Of a stretch of 64,000 bases of DNA, positions 29,413 through 38,844 are shown in pieces (positions within the stretch are counted from its first letter, which is position 1; each line of letters starts with the position of its first letter). The notes below the pieces were generated by a model. The model worked only from the letters and a program-made list of their open reading frames with translations, did not search any database and was not told where the DNA came from. Source of the stretch: Endomicrobiales bacterium (GTDB lineage Bacteria; Elusimicrobiota; Endomicrobiia; Endomicrobiales; JALOBY01); contig CAWCNJ010000009.1 of NCBI GenBank assembly GCA_963796955.1, positions 37,903 to 101,902 of the forward strand, read 5' to 3'. Both the position numbers and the translations under genes were made by a program.

Positions 29413-29569
29413 CAGCTCTGAGTTTGACGTCGCAAGAATAAAAGCATACATGGCAATGCCCCCTCAGGACAAACTTCAATATCTGGAAGAAGCCAACGAT
29501 TTTTTCGCAAAATTCAAGAACGAAAAAACTGATAAAATACGTCAGGAGCTGAAACGCCGAGGCTTCTGA
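29402..29569 (+). CDS. Small helical protein (55 aa), putative partner of the nucleotidyltransferase
   Basis: Read manually: MKNSSSEFDVARIKAYMAMPPQDKLQYLEEANDFFAKFKNEKTDKIRQELKRRGF; overlaps the upstream stop; below the ORF-track cutoff. Confidence 0.65.
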   Translation: MKNSSSEFDVARIKAYMAMPPQDKLQYLEEANDFFAKFKNEKTDKIRQELKRRGF

Positions 29570-29685
29570 TTATCACGGTAATAAGCAGTAATGGTTGCTA
29601 AGGTTGTAAAAGGAAACTGTCGTGACCTGGGGCGAAACGCAAAATAGATGTTTTTCCCGAACTAAAACGGGAATCCGATAATAAC

Positions 29686-29727
29686 AAAGACCACCTGGCC
29701 TTCCAGCCGGATGGTCTTTTGTGTTTT
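29686..29727 (+). terminator. Rho-independent terminator
   Basis: AAAGACCA-C-CTGGC/GCCGG-A-TGGTCTTT followed by a T-rich tail. Confidence 0.7.
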
Positions 29728-29922
29728 CGGTATAAAAAGCTAGTCATCAGTAAGTGCATAATATGCGCGTGCTGCAGCGGTTCGAAAAGACCATGTCGTC
29801 ATGGTGGAAGATGTTGAGAAATGACCGCACTAAAGAAAAGTTAAAATAAACAGTTATGCGTTCGGTTAAGAGAAATTTGACAGAAGATACAATAGGACGC
29901 ATTCGTGTAAGGTTTGGGGGCA

Positions 29923-29951
29923 GTAGGGGCGGGCCTAGCGTCCGCCCGTGA
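29923..29951 (+). repeat. GTAG-type REP element, copy 1
   Basis: GTAG-GGGCGGGC-CTAGC-GTCCGCCC-GTGA palindrome. Confidence 0.85.
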
Positions 29952-30102
29952 TAAATACCACATAAAATTATCAAAATTAGGACAAATTGTTGATACCCAT
30001 TGGCAAAATATCCAAAATCAATATGACAATGTCCAATTGGATAAATATGTTGTTATGCCAAACCATATTCACGGTATTTTGATTATTGATCATTCGTTGT
30101 CG
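29952..30102 (+). pseudogene. Fragment of REP-associated tyrosine transposase (RAYT/Y1)
   Basis: LSKLGQIV...W..I...Y.NV.LD.YVVMPNHIHGILII includes the HUH motif; N- and C-terminal parts absent. Confidence 0.8.
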
Positions 30103-30131
30103 TCACGGGCGGACGCTAGGCCCGCCCCTAC
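30103..30131 (-). repeat. GTAG-type REP element, copy 2
   Basis: Exact 29-bp reverse complement of copy 1. Confidence 0.85.
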
Positions 30132-30477
30132 GAACACAATATTCGCGAAATTACTACAATATCTATAATTCGACTAATTTAACGTGTGCTGGGTGGCGAT
30201 GAGTGAAAATGTTTTAGCAATGAGCCAGTGACAAAATGTAATCGACTGAAAATGATGTCTTCACATAAAAGCTATTTTCTAGGATTTCAAACTGGAACCT
30301 TAAAGAAAGGGTTTCATGCCATGTATTTGCCTCGCAGCCTAAACGCAACCTCGCATTAATTACCGCTATTAACATATTTTAGGCAGGCTAAACACTGTTA
30401 TTGCCTAAATACATTTGGGAAATAGGTCACTTTTTTGCTAAAATGTCCAGTAGATATTGCACAATGAGGGTTAAACA

Positions 30478-31257
30478 ATGAACGCGATAAAGCTGGTTGT
30501 ATGCGGTGCTGCTGGTAGGATGGGGACTAGTATCATTCGGCTGGCGAAAAATGATAATGCGTTTGCTATTACCGGGGCGGTGGAATTTAGCACTCATCCG
30601 GACCTCGGCAGGGGGGACCCTAAGCTGACTTCTGATTTTTCGGGTGCTTTATCAAACTGCGATGTGGCGATTGATTTTACTTCGCCTGAGGCGACGATGG
30701 AGCACCTGGCGGTTGCCGTGAAAGCGAACAAGGCTATCGTGATAGGCGCTACCGGTCTTAGCGACGAACAGAAGGCGCAGATCGTTGTTGCCGGCAAAAC
30801 TATTCCGGTTGTTTTTGCTCCGAATTTTTCGCGGGGAATAAACCTTTTGCTCAATGTGGTAGGGACTGTCGCAAAGGCCTTAGACGGTTATGATATTGAA
30901 ATAATGGAGATGCACCACAATAAGAAAAAAGACGCGCCTTCCGGGACAGCTGCAAAACTGGCAGAGGTTATTGCCAGGGCCCGTGGTAAGGATATGAAAG
31001 ATGTCGGCGTCTACGGCCGTGAAGGCCAATGCGGTGCACGCACAAAAGACGAGATCGGCGTAATGGCCCTGCGCGGCGGCGATGTTTTCGGCGACCACAC
31101 GGTCTATTATTGCGGTCCCGGTGAAAGAATAGAAATAACGCACCGCGCAGATTCACGCGACACATTCGCCGCCGGCTCCCTGACAGCGGCAAAATGGCTT
31201 GCAGATAAAAAGCCGGGTTTATATGACATGCAGGATGTTCTGGGTTTAAAGAAATAG
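30478..31257 (+). CDS. dapB: 4-hydroxy-tetrahydrodipicolinate reductase
   Basis: GAAGRMG, IDFT, PNFS.G, EMHHNKKKDAPSGTA. Confidence 0.96.
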   Translation: MNAIKLVVCGAAGRMGTSIIRLAKNDNAFAITGAVEFSTHPDLGRGDPKLTSDFSGALSNCDVAIDFTSPEATMEHLAVAVKANKAIVIGATGLSDEQKAQIVVAGKTIPVVFAPNFSRGINLLLNVVGTVAKALDGYDIEIMEMHHNKKKDAPSGTAAKLAEVIARARGKDMKDVGVYGREGQCGARTKDEIGVMALRGGDVFGDHTVYYCGPGERIEITHRADSRDTFAAGSLTAAKWLADKKPGLYDMQDVLGLKK

Positions 31258-31263
31258 GAGGCA

Positions 31264-32022
31264 GTGTACATGGTTTATCTTCGATTTGCGGCGGACGGGC
31301 TTAACCGGTATGGGATCCTGGAAGGCAAGACAGTGTATGAGATCACGCCCAATTTTTTTGGCGCGTTCAAGAAGACCGGCGAAAAGTACCCGCTGGCTAA
31401 AGTAAAGCTGCTTGCCCCGTGCAGGCCCGGCAAGGTGATATCCCTCGGCCTTAACTACCGCGAACACGTTAAAGAAATGAAGATGGCCGCGCCGCTTAAT
31501 CCCGTGATATTCCTTAAGGCGCCTTCTGCCGTTATAGGCACCGATGAAAAAATAGTAAGCCCCAAGATCAGCAAACATGTGGATTTTGAGGCGGAACTGG
31601 CGATCGTTATCAGGAAGAAGGCCAGGAACGTTGCGCCGAAAGACGCCCTTGATTACGTGTTAGGCTATACCTGCTTGAATGATGTTACCGCCCGCGATAT
31701 ACAACGCCTTGATGGTCAATGGGCGAGAGCAAAGTCGTTCGACACCTTTGCACCCATCGGGCCCTGGATCATCAGCGGCATTAACGGCGATAATCTGAAA
31801 ATTGAAAGCTTCCTTAACGGCAAAAAGAAACAGAGCTCCAATACCAGCGATATGGTTTTCAGCGTGGCGGAGATCATTTCATTCGTCTCTGAAACCATGA
31901 CGCTTAATCCCGGAGATGTTATTTCCTGCGGCACCCCGCCGGGCGTCGGCCCCATGAAAAAGGGCGACACGATAAAAATTAAAATTGAAGGTATAGGCGA
32001 ACTGGTAAATACTGTTGCCTAA
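31264..32022 (+). CDS. Fumarylacetoacetate hydrolase family protein
   Basis: GLNY..H, FEAELA, NDVTARD, AKSFDTF.PIGP, GTP.GVG. Confidence 0.93.
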   Translation: MYMVYLRFAADGLNRYGILEGKTVYEITPNFFGAFKKTGEKYPLAKVKLLAPCRPGKVISLGLNYREHVKEMKMAAPLNPVIFLKAPSAVIGTDEKIVSPKISKHVDFEAELAIVIRKKARNVAPKDALDYVLGYTCLNDVTARDIQRLDGQWARAKSFDTFAPIGPWIISGINGDNLKIESFLNGKKKQSSNTSDMVFSVAEIISFVSETMTLNPGDVISCGTPPGVGPMKKGDTIKIKIEGIGELVNTVA

Positions 32023-32023
32023 C

Positions 32024-32392
32024 ATGAAAAGATACATCGCGTGGCTGGTGAAATTTCTTTCGGGGCACGAAGATCCGAAAGAACCGCATTATGACCCTGT
32101 CCACATAGGTATGACGGTGGTCTTTAGTATTTTTGCTATCGGCCTTATGTTCTGGTTGTTCTGGTGCCTGCTGGTATTCGGCGGCGGGCTGCAGGCGAAG
32201 CTCGTTCCGGCATTTCAGCTGGCTACGCACGTAAGGACCCTGGCTGACTTTGGCTATATCGGTTACCCGTATGCGATGGGCGTGTTCGAGGGCTGGCCTA
32301 CCAATCTGATAGCGTTGATCATTCTTCTGGCATTGATCGCCGCTGTCGGGTCGCTGCTCAGAGAACCAGTTCAAAGAAAAGGAAAGAAATAG
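32024..32392 (+). CDS. Hypothetical membrane protein
   Basis: Two hydrophobic segments; tight operon spacing. Confidence 0.65.
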   Translation: MKRYIAWLVKFLSGHEDPKEPHYDPVHIGMTVVFSIFAIGLMFWLFWCLLVFGGGLQAKLVPAFQLATHVRTLADFGYIGYPYAMGVFEGWPTNLIALIILLALIAAVGSLLREPVQRKGKK

Positions 32393-32394
32393 AA

Positions 32395-33558
32395 ATGAAG
32401 ATCTCGTACAACAATAAGCTGGCAAAGCTGCCGCCGTACCTGTTCGTAGAGATAGACCGTAAGAAAAAGGCCGCGATTGAACGCGGTGTAGACATAATTT
32501 CCCTCGGTGTCGGCGATCCGGACAAGCCTACGTTCGCCCACATCGTGAAGGCCGGACAGGACGCCCTGGCAAAGCCCGCCAACCACCAGTATCCTTTCGG
32601 CGCCGGCATGATGGGTTTTCGCAGCGCGGTCGCCGAATGGTACAAGGAACGGTTTAACGTCGTTATCGATCCCGTAACGGAAGTGCATTCGCTTATCGGC
32701 TCAAAGGAAGGCATCGGGCATTTTCACCTGGCGTTCATTAACCCGGGCGATGTGGTGCTTATCCCTGAACCGGGTTACCCGGTCTACAACACCGGTACCA
32801 TATTTTCCGACGGCGTGCCGTATTTCATGCCGCTGAAAGAAGAGAACGGTTTTCTGCCGGACCTGCAGGCTATACCGGAAGAGATACGCCGCAAGGCCAA
32901 GATCATGTTCATCAATTATCCCAACAACCCGACTGCCGCCGTGGCGCCGCGGTCTTTTTACGAAGAGGTCGTTGCATTCGCGAAAAAATACGACATCATC
33001 ATAGCTCACGACGCCGCATACTCTGAGATCTATTATGAAAATAAACCCATGAGCTTTCTTGAAGTTCCAGGCGCTAAGGACGTGGGTGTTGAATTCCACT
33101 CGCTTTCCAAGACCTATAATATGACCGGTTGGCGTATCGGTTTTGTGGTGGGCAACGCCGAAATAGTGAAGGGTCTCGGCATGGTGAAGGATAATTATGA
33201 CTCCGGCGCTTTTCAGGCGATACAGGAAGCCGGCATAGCAGCTCTAAAAGGCACGCAGGAGCCGGTAGAACAACTGCGCAAAATGTATAAAGAGCGGCGC
33301 GATGTGCTGTGCGACGGTCTGATAAACCTTGGCTGGAAGGTGACCAAACCGGTCGCGATGTTCTATGTCTGGGCGCATACGCCCAAAGGTTTCACCTCCG
33401 CTGAAACGGTGGCCAGGCTTTTAGACGATGCCGGTATCGTGTGTACGCCGGGCAACGGCCTGGGCGCCTCGGGCGAAGGGTATGTTCGTTTCGCGTTGAC
33501 CGTTGATGTGCCGCGTATCAAAGAAGCGTTGCTCCGTCTTGCAAAGATCAGATGGTAA
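32395..33558 (+). CDS. dapL: LL-diaminopimelate aminotransferase
   Basis: LPPYLF..ID, LG.GDPD, GSKEG, NYPNNPT, SLSKTYNMTGWR; dap gene context. Confidence 0.88.
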   Translation: MKISYNNKLAKLPPYLFVEIDRKKKAAIERGVDIISLGVGDPDKPTFAHIVKAGQDALAKPANHQYPFGAGMMGFRSAVAEWYKERFNVVIDPVTEVHSLIGSKEGIGHFHLAFINPGDVVLIPEPGYPVYNTGTIFSDGVPYFMPLKEENGFLPDLQAIPEEIRRKAKIMFINYPNNPTAAVAPRSFYEEVVAFAKKYDIIIAHDAAYSEIYYENKPMSFLEVPGAKDVGVEFHSLSKTYNMTGWRIGFVVGNAEIVKGLGMVKDNYDSGAFQAIQEAGIAALKGTQEPVEQLRKMYKERRDVLCDGLINLGWKVTKPVAMFYVWAHTPKGFTSAETVARLLDDAGIVCTPGNGLGASGEGYVRFALTVDVPRIKEALLRLAKIRW

Positions 33559-34046
33559 CCGCCTATATAGGTATTGGTTCGAACGTAGGCGAACGCTTAA
33601 GTAATATTCAATCGGCAATTGCCGCTCTGAAAAAAACCGGGGTCGTTGAGCAGGTGTCGCCGGTCTATAAAACGGCGCCGATCGGCCCGAAGCAGCGAGA
33701 TTTTTTAAATTGCGTTGTTGCCTTGCGCACCGCGCTTGAACCTGAAGAGCTGCTGCGGGAAGTTAAAAAGATAGAAACGGAAATGGGACGCCCAGTGGTA
33801 GATCTGCGCTGGGGTCCGAGAATTATAGACCTGGATATACTGCTTGCGGGTAAAGCGGTGATAAACACTCCGGTACTGAAGATACCGCACGCTGAGATGC
33901 ATGAACGGCTTTTTGTGCTTGTGCCGCTTTCGGATATCGCGCCGAACACGGTACACCCGGTTAAAAAGAAACAGATAGCAACGTTGCGCGACGAACTTAT
34001 GAACCGCCACACCGGACAGAAAGTGATACCATGGAAAAAACAGTAA
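33552..34046 (+). CDS. folK: 6-hydroxymethyl-7,8-dihydropterin pyrophosphokinase
   Basis: [23 protein letters not shown]...ER.FVLVPL. Confidence 0.95.
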   Translation: MVTAYIGIGSNVGERLSNIQSAIAALKKTGVVEQVSPVYKTAPIGPKQRDFLNCVVALRTALEPEELLREVKKIETEMGRPVVDLRWGPRIIDLDILLAGKAVINTPVLKIPHAEMHERLFVLVPLSDIAPNTVHPVKKKQIATLRDELMNRHTGQKVIPWKKQ

Positions 34047-34831
34047 CAACGGCCACCCTGAAGGCGATGAAAGAGCGCGGCGAAAAGATCGCGGTGCTGA
34101 CCTGTTATGATTTCAGTACGGCCAAAATATTAAATGAAGCCGGTGTCGACGTGCTGCTCGTCGGCGATTCTCTCGGCAACGTGAAGCTCGGTTATGAGAA
34201 CACGCTCGCGGTGACCGTGGAAGATATGATCTATCATGCCAAGGCGGTTAAACGCGGCAACAGCCGGGCAATGCTCTGGGTGGACATGCCTTTCCTTTCA
34301 TACGAGGCTTCAACGGCAGATGCCGTCCGCAACGCCGGCCGCATATTAAAAGAGACCGGGGCGAACGCCGTAAAACTGGAAGGGGGCGCGGAAGTGGCTC
34401 CCATGGTGAAAGCGGTCGTGAACGCCAAGATACCCGTCGTAGGGCACATCGGCCTGACCCCTCAGGCGGTGAACCAATTTGGCGGCTTTAAAGTTCAGGG
34501 AAGAACGGATGCCGCCGCGAGGAAACTTATCGGTGATGCCCGGGCTCTTGAGAAAGCCGGCGCATTCGCGTTAGTCATAGAAGGCGTTCCCTCGTCGGTC
34601 GCGAAAAAGATCACCGCCTCTGTGAACATAGTTACTATTGGCATCGGGGCGGGACTTGAGTGTGACGGACAGGTGTTGGTGACCGACGATATGCTCGGTA
34701 TGTACAGCGAATTTAAACCCAAGTTCGTAAAAAATTACGCGAAGCTGCGCCCGGCGATCCTTTCCGCCGTAAAAGCGTATTGCAGTGAAGTCCGGCAGCG
34801 GTCTTTTCCGGACAGCGAACATTCCTATTAA
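34031..34831 (+). CDS. panB: Ketopantoate hydroxymethyltransferase
   Basis: [35 protein letters not shown]. Confidence 0.96.
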   Translation: MEKTVTTATLKAMKERGEKIAVLTCYDFSTAKILNEAGVDVLLVGDSLGNVKLGYENTLAVTVEDMIYHAKAVKRGNSRAMLWVDMPFLSYEASTADAVRNAGRILKETGANAVKLEGGAEVAPMVKAVVNAKIPVVGHIGLTPQAVNQFGGFKVQGRTDAAARKLIGDARALEKAGAFALVIEGVPSSVAKKITASVNIVTIGIGAGLECDGQVLVTDDMLGMYSEFKPKFVKNYAKLRPAILSAVKAYCSEVRQRSFPDSEHSY

Positions 34832-34842
34832 AAGGCGTTTCG

Positions 34843-35688
34843 ATGAAAGTGGTCCGCTCTGTTGAACAGATGCAGAAGATCGCCGGATCTTTGAAAAAGC
34901 AGGGAAGAACGATTGGTTTTGTGCCGACCATGGGGGCGCTTCACCGGGGGCATATGTCCCTGGTTAAACGTGCCGGAGCGGCGAACGATATCGTTGTTGT
35001 CTCTATTTTTGTCAACCCGGCCCAATTCGGTCCGGGCGAAGATTATCTGAAATATCCGCGGCCATTCGCCGCCGACAAAGCGGCCTGCGCGCAAAACGGG
35101 GTTGATGTTCTTTTTGTGCCTGACCCTGAGCAAATGTATCCCGAAAATTATCTGACCTATATCAGCGTTGAAAAGATGGGCGATGGATTATGCGGCGCGT
35201 TCAGGCCGGGACATTTCCGCGGTGTCGCCACGATCGTCGCGAAACTATTCAACATCGTGCAGCCGGACGCCGCTTATTTCGGTTCAAAGGATTATCAGCA
35301 GCTGAAGATAATCCAGCGCATGGTACAAGATCTTAATTTTCGCGTGAAGATAGTTCCCTGTCCTATTGTGCGGGAACCGTCCGGCCTTGCCCTGTCAAGC
35401 CGCAATCAGTACCTTTCACCTGAGCGGAAGATGCAGAGCGCGGCGCTTAACAAAGCGCTGGAATATGCCGGGGTGCATTTAAAAGCGGGTGCCTCGGCTG
35501 CGAAAGTTCGCGAAGGCATGAAGCGGATGATCCTGGAAAGGGTCGGCGACGCGCGTTTTGATTACATAGAGATCGTGGACGCGCAGACCCTGAACCCCGT
35601 AAAAAAATTAGTTTTGCCGGTCGTGGTGGCGCTTGCCGTGAAGATAGGCACAACGCGTTTGATCGATAACAAGGTGGTCAGCCGATGA
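34843..35688 (+). CDS. panC: Pantoate-beta-alanine ligase
   Basis: VPTMGALH.GH, RPGHF.GV, KDYQQ, ALSSRN, RLIDN. Confidence 0.96.
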   Translation: MKVVRSVEQMQKIAGSLKKQGRTIGFVPTMGALHRGHMSLVKRAGAANDIVVVSIFVNPAQFGPGEDYLKYPRPFAADKAACAQNGVDVLFVPDPEQMYPENYLTYISVEKMGDGLCGAFRPGHFRGVATIVAKLFNIVQPDAAYFGSKDYQQLKIIQRMVQDLNFRVKIVPCPIVREPSGLALSSRNQYLSPERKMQSAALNKALEYAGVHLKAGASAAKVREGMKRMILERVGDARFDYIEIVDAQTLNPVKKLVLPVVVALAVKIGTTRLIDNKVVSR

Positions 35689-36311
35689 GAGAACGGTTAT
35701 GGTTGTTTAACGTCGTGTTCGCCCTTGCGGTCTGTTGCTCCCATGCCTCGGCAGGCTGGTCCGATAACGACGATGAAGCCGGTTCGTATGGCACCGCACT
35801 GGCCGTATCCGCCGGCTACAATACTCTTCAACAGGGATTTGTCGGTTATACTCCGAACGCCGCCCTCGGCGTCGACTGGTATCTGCTGCCGGATGAAGCG
35901 CCCTATAATGTCCCTGACTGCGATCTTTGGAAAGAGGATCTTTTTTACCGCATTTCATTCGATTATTTTCCGATGAGCGTACCGTCCGGTAATTACGGTA
36001 CGTCAGAAGACATTGCGGGCCTCAGCGGTGATGTTCTGTTCTACGCCTACCGCGGTAAGGCCGTCAATATTTTTCTGGGTATCGGGGTAGGCTATTTCCT
36101 GGATGCGATATCTGTCGATACACCCGCCACCGGACGGATGTCTTCGCAATATTATTATTTCGCGGCAAAACCTTCGCTCGGGCTGACCTATAAGATTTCC
36201 GACAACTATGACCTGATACCTGAAGTGCGCAGTTACTGGATGTACACGGTCAATAATTATTTCACGGTCAATACCGTCTACCAGCTGGCGCTGTGCAGGA
36301 GATTTAAATGA
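35685..36311 (+). CDS. Putative small outer-membrane beta-barrel protein
   Basis: Signal peptide; alternating aromatic strands (FLGIGVGY, LGLTY); aromatic residue next to the C-terminus. Confidence 0.6.
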   Translation: MRERLWLFNVVFALAVCCSHASAGWSDNDDEAGSYGTALAVSAGYNTLQQGFVGYTPNAALGVDWYLLPDEAPYNVPDCDLWKEDLFYRISFDYFPMSVPSGNYGTSEDIAGLSGDVLFYAYRGKAVNIFLGIGVGYFLDAISVDTPATGRMSSQYYYFAAKPSLGLTYKISDNYDLIPEVRSYWMYTVNNYFTVNTVYQLALCRRFK

Positions 36312-37222
36312 GAAGATCTCTCTTCCGGTCACTGGCGCTCATAGTGCTGGCCGGCTGCAACCGTGTCTCCAACCCGGTACTTTCCACGCCGCCCGCATCC
36401 GATACCGCGGTGCGTATGCAATGTCCCGAGGTAGAGAACTCAAAATTTCCGGATTGCCGGGCTTTCGTGCTCGTCACGAACCAGGCTGACGCACCGATCA
36501 CCGATTTCAGTATCGGGAACTTCACCGTTGTTGAAGAGGGCAAGCCGACCGTTGTTACCAGTGTTTCAAAGGTTGACCCGTCCGCCGATCCCCTGGCAGT
36601 AGTGATCTGCCTGGACAGGAGCGGAAGCATGGATGGTAAGCCCACGAACGATCTGAATGCTGCGGCGAAACAGTTCATTGACAACCTGGGCAGCAACGAC
36701 AGCGCCGAGATAATAGATTTTTCCGGTCAAGCTTCGGTCACGCAGGAATTTACCACAAATAAAAACCTGCTCAAGACCGCCGTTGATTCGGGTGTGGCAG
36801 GCGGCTCCACAGCGCTGTACGACGCCATCGGTATGGCGGCGAACAACCTGAAAAGCTTTCACGGGCGTAAATATATTCTGGTCATCACGGACGGCTTTAA
36901 TAACGCGAGCATGAGTTTTACGACACCCGAAGCAACGGCCGATCAGGTTAACCGGGCCGGGGTTGCTTCCTACATAATAGGTCTGGGGACGGATATCGAT
37001 ACCGCCTCTTTGACGTTGATCGCCAATGATACCAACGCCCGCTATTTCAACGCGCCTTCGTCCAGCCAGCTGGCGGCTTATTTTTCGCAGATACAGAACC
37101 TTATGCAGAATCTTGTCTCGATACGCTATCGCAGCCGTGAAGGGAACACCATGCGCTCTATGTCCCTTTACATTAATTATGGCAGCTTCGCCCAATCCGT
37201 GACGCGTAAATATGGCTACTAA
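36308..37222 (+). CDS. VWA-domain lipoprotein
   Basis: LAGC lipobox; DRSGSM MIDAS, TALYDAI, ITDG. Confidence 0.88.
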   Translation: MRRSLFRSLALIVLAGCNRVSNPVLSTPPASDTAVRMQCPEVENSKFPDCRAFVLVTNQADAPITDFSIGNFTVVEEGKPTVVTSVSKVDPSADPLAVVICLDRSGSMDGKPTNDLNAAAKQFIDNLGSNDSAEIIDFSGQASVTQEFTTNKNLLKTAVDSGVAGGSTALYDAIGMAANNLKSFHGRKYILVITDGFNNASMSFTTPEATADQVNRAGVASYIIGLGTDIDTASLTLIANDTNARYFNAPSSSQLAAYFSQIQNLMQNLVSIRYRSREGNTMRSMSLYINYGSFAQSVTRKYGY

Positions 37223-38822
37223 CACATTCAACACCGATTATCTTATTGTCGGTAACGGGATAGCGGGACTCAGTTTTGCCCTGAAAGCCGCGCAAACCGG
37301 CACCGTGGCCGTTATAGCAAAGCGCAGCCTGATGGACGCTGCCACCACGTACGCTCAGGGCGGTATAGCTGCTGTGCTGGATCCCGAAGACGCTTTTGAA
37401 AATCACATCTCGGATACGCTGGTAGCCGGCGCCGGGCTTTGCGACAAAGAGATCGTCGAGCTGGTCGTGCGCGACGCTCCTGCCAGGATAAAGGAATTGA
37501 TAAGGCTCGGCGTGCAATTCACGCAGGAAGTGAACGTCGATAACGACTACGAGCTCGGTCTGGAAGCCGGCCACTCGCACCGGCGTATAATCCATGCGGG
37601 TGATATTACCGGCGCCCAGATCCAGCAGGTGCTGGTAGCGCACGTGCGTAACACGCCGAACATACGGGTCTTTGAAAATCATATCGCTGTCGATCTTATA
37701 ACCAGAGGCAAGATAGAGCGGAAATTCGCGGGAGCCGATGAACGTTGTTACGGTGCGTATGTGCTGAACAATGCCGACGGTTCGGTAGCGACCATGACGG
37801 CAAAAACGGTGGTGCTGGCGACGGGCGGCGCGGGCAAGGTGTATCTGTACACCTCTAACCCCGATGTTTCCACCGGCGACGGGATTGCCATGGCCTACCG
37901 CGCGGGCGCCGTTATCGCGAACATGGAGATGGTGCAATTCCATCCGACCTGTCTCTATCATCCAAAGGCGAAATCTTTCCTGATCTCCGAGGCCTTGCGG
38001 GGGGAAGGTGCGGTGCTGCGATTGGCGGACGGCACGGCTTTCATGGAAAAATACGACCGCCGCAAGGATCTGGCACCGCGTGATATCGTCGCGCGTGCTA
38101 TTGATAATGAGATCAAAACACGCGGCATAGACAACGTTTATCTGGACATAACGCACCGGCCGGCCCGGTTCCTTATGGACCGGTTCCCGAATATTTACCA
38201 GAAGTGTTTTTCCTTCGGGATAGACCTGACAAAAGACCCGATACCGGTCGTGCCTGCCGCCCATTATTTTTGCGGCGGGGTACGCACGGACCGGGACGGG
38301 CAAAGCAGTATAGGGGGGCTCTACGTAATAGGGGAAACGGCCTGTACCGGATTGCACGGGGCGAACCGGCTTGCCTCGAATTCTCTTCTTGAAGCACTGG
38401 TCTTTGCGGATCGCGCCTATAATAAAAGCTTGCAGGTATCGGCGCGCGGCGCTGTTCCGGAAATACCCGCCTGGAACGCCGGCTCAGCGCGCAATAGCGA
38501 TGAATCGGTTGTCGTTAAACAGAATTGGGAAGAGATACGCCACTTTATGTGGAATTATGTGGGCATCGTAAGATCCGACAAGCGGCTTGCCAGAGCGGCC
38601 AGCCGCATAGAGCTTTTGCAGGCGGAAATAGCGCAGTATTATTGGGATTTTTTTGTGACGAACGATCTGATAGAACTGCGCAACATAGCCACGGTCGCCC
38701 AACTTATTATAAGCAGCGCCCGTAAAAGGCTGGAAAGCCGGGGTCTTCATTACACGATAGATCATCCTGATATGGCACAGACGGCGCAAAGCACGCTCAT
38801 ACAACGTTTTCCAGCGGAGTAG
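37212..38822 (+). CDS. nadB: L-aspartate oxidase
   Basis: YAQGGIA, QFHPT, LISEALRGEG, PAAHY.CGG, GLHGANRLASNSLLE, ESRGLHY. Confidence 0.96.
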   Translation: MATNTFNTDYLIVGNGIAGLSFALKAAQTGTVAVIAKRSLMDAATTYAQGGIAAVLDPEDAFENHISDTLVAGAGLCDKEIVELVVRDAPARIKELIRLGVQFTQEVNVDNDYELGLEAGHSHRRIIHAGDITGAQIQQVLVAHVRNTPNIRVFENHIAVDLITRGKIERKFAGADERCYGAYVLNNADGSVATMTAKTVVLATGGAGKVYLYTSNPDVSTGDGIAMAYRAGAVIANMEMVQFHPTCLYHPKAKSFLISEALRGEGAVLRLADGTAFMEKYDRRKDLAPRDIVARAIDNEIKTRGIDNVYLDITHRPARFLMDRFPNIYQKCFSFGIDLTKDPIPVVPAAHYFCGGVRTDRDGQSSIGGLYVIGETACTGLHGANRLASNSLLEALVFADRAYNKSLQVSARGAVPEIPAWNAGSARNSDESVVVKQNWEEIRHFMWNYVGIVRSDKRLARAASRIELLQAEIAQYYWDFFVTNDLIELRNIATVAQLIISSARKRLESRGLHYTIDHPDMAQTAQSTLIQRFPAE

Positions 38823-38844
38823 CACCACAGGAGGCCGTAATCGA

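Noticed and set aside
30140..30470. Gene or RNA in the AT-rich spacer before dapB
   Set aside because: Only a short TTTAGGCA/TGCCTAAA inverted repeat and a possible extended -10; nothing supportable.
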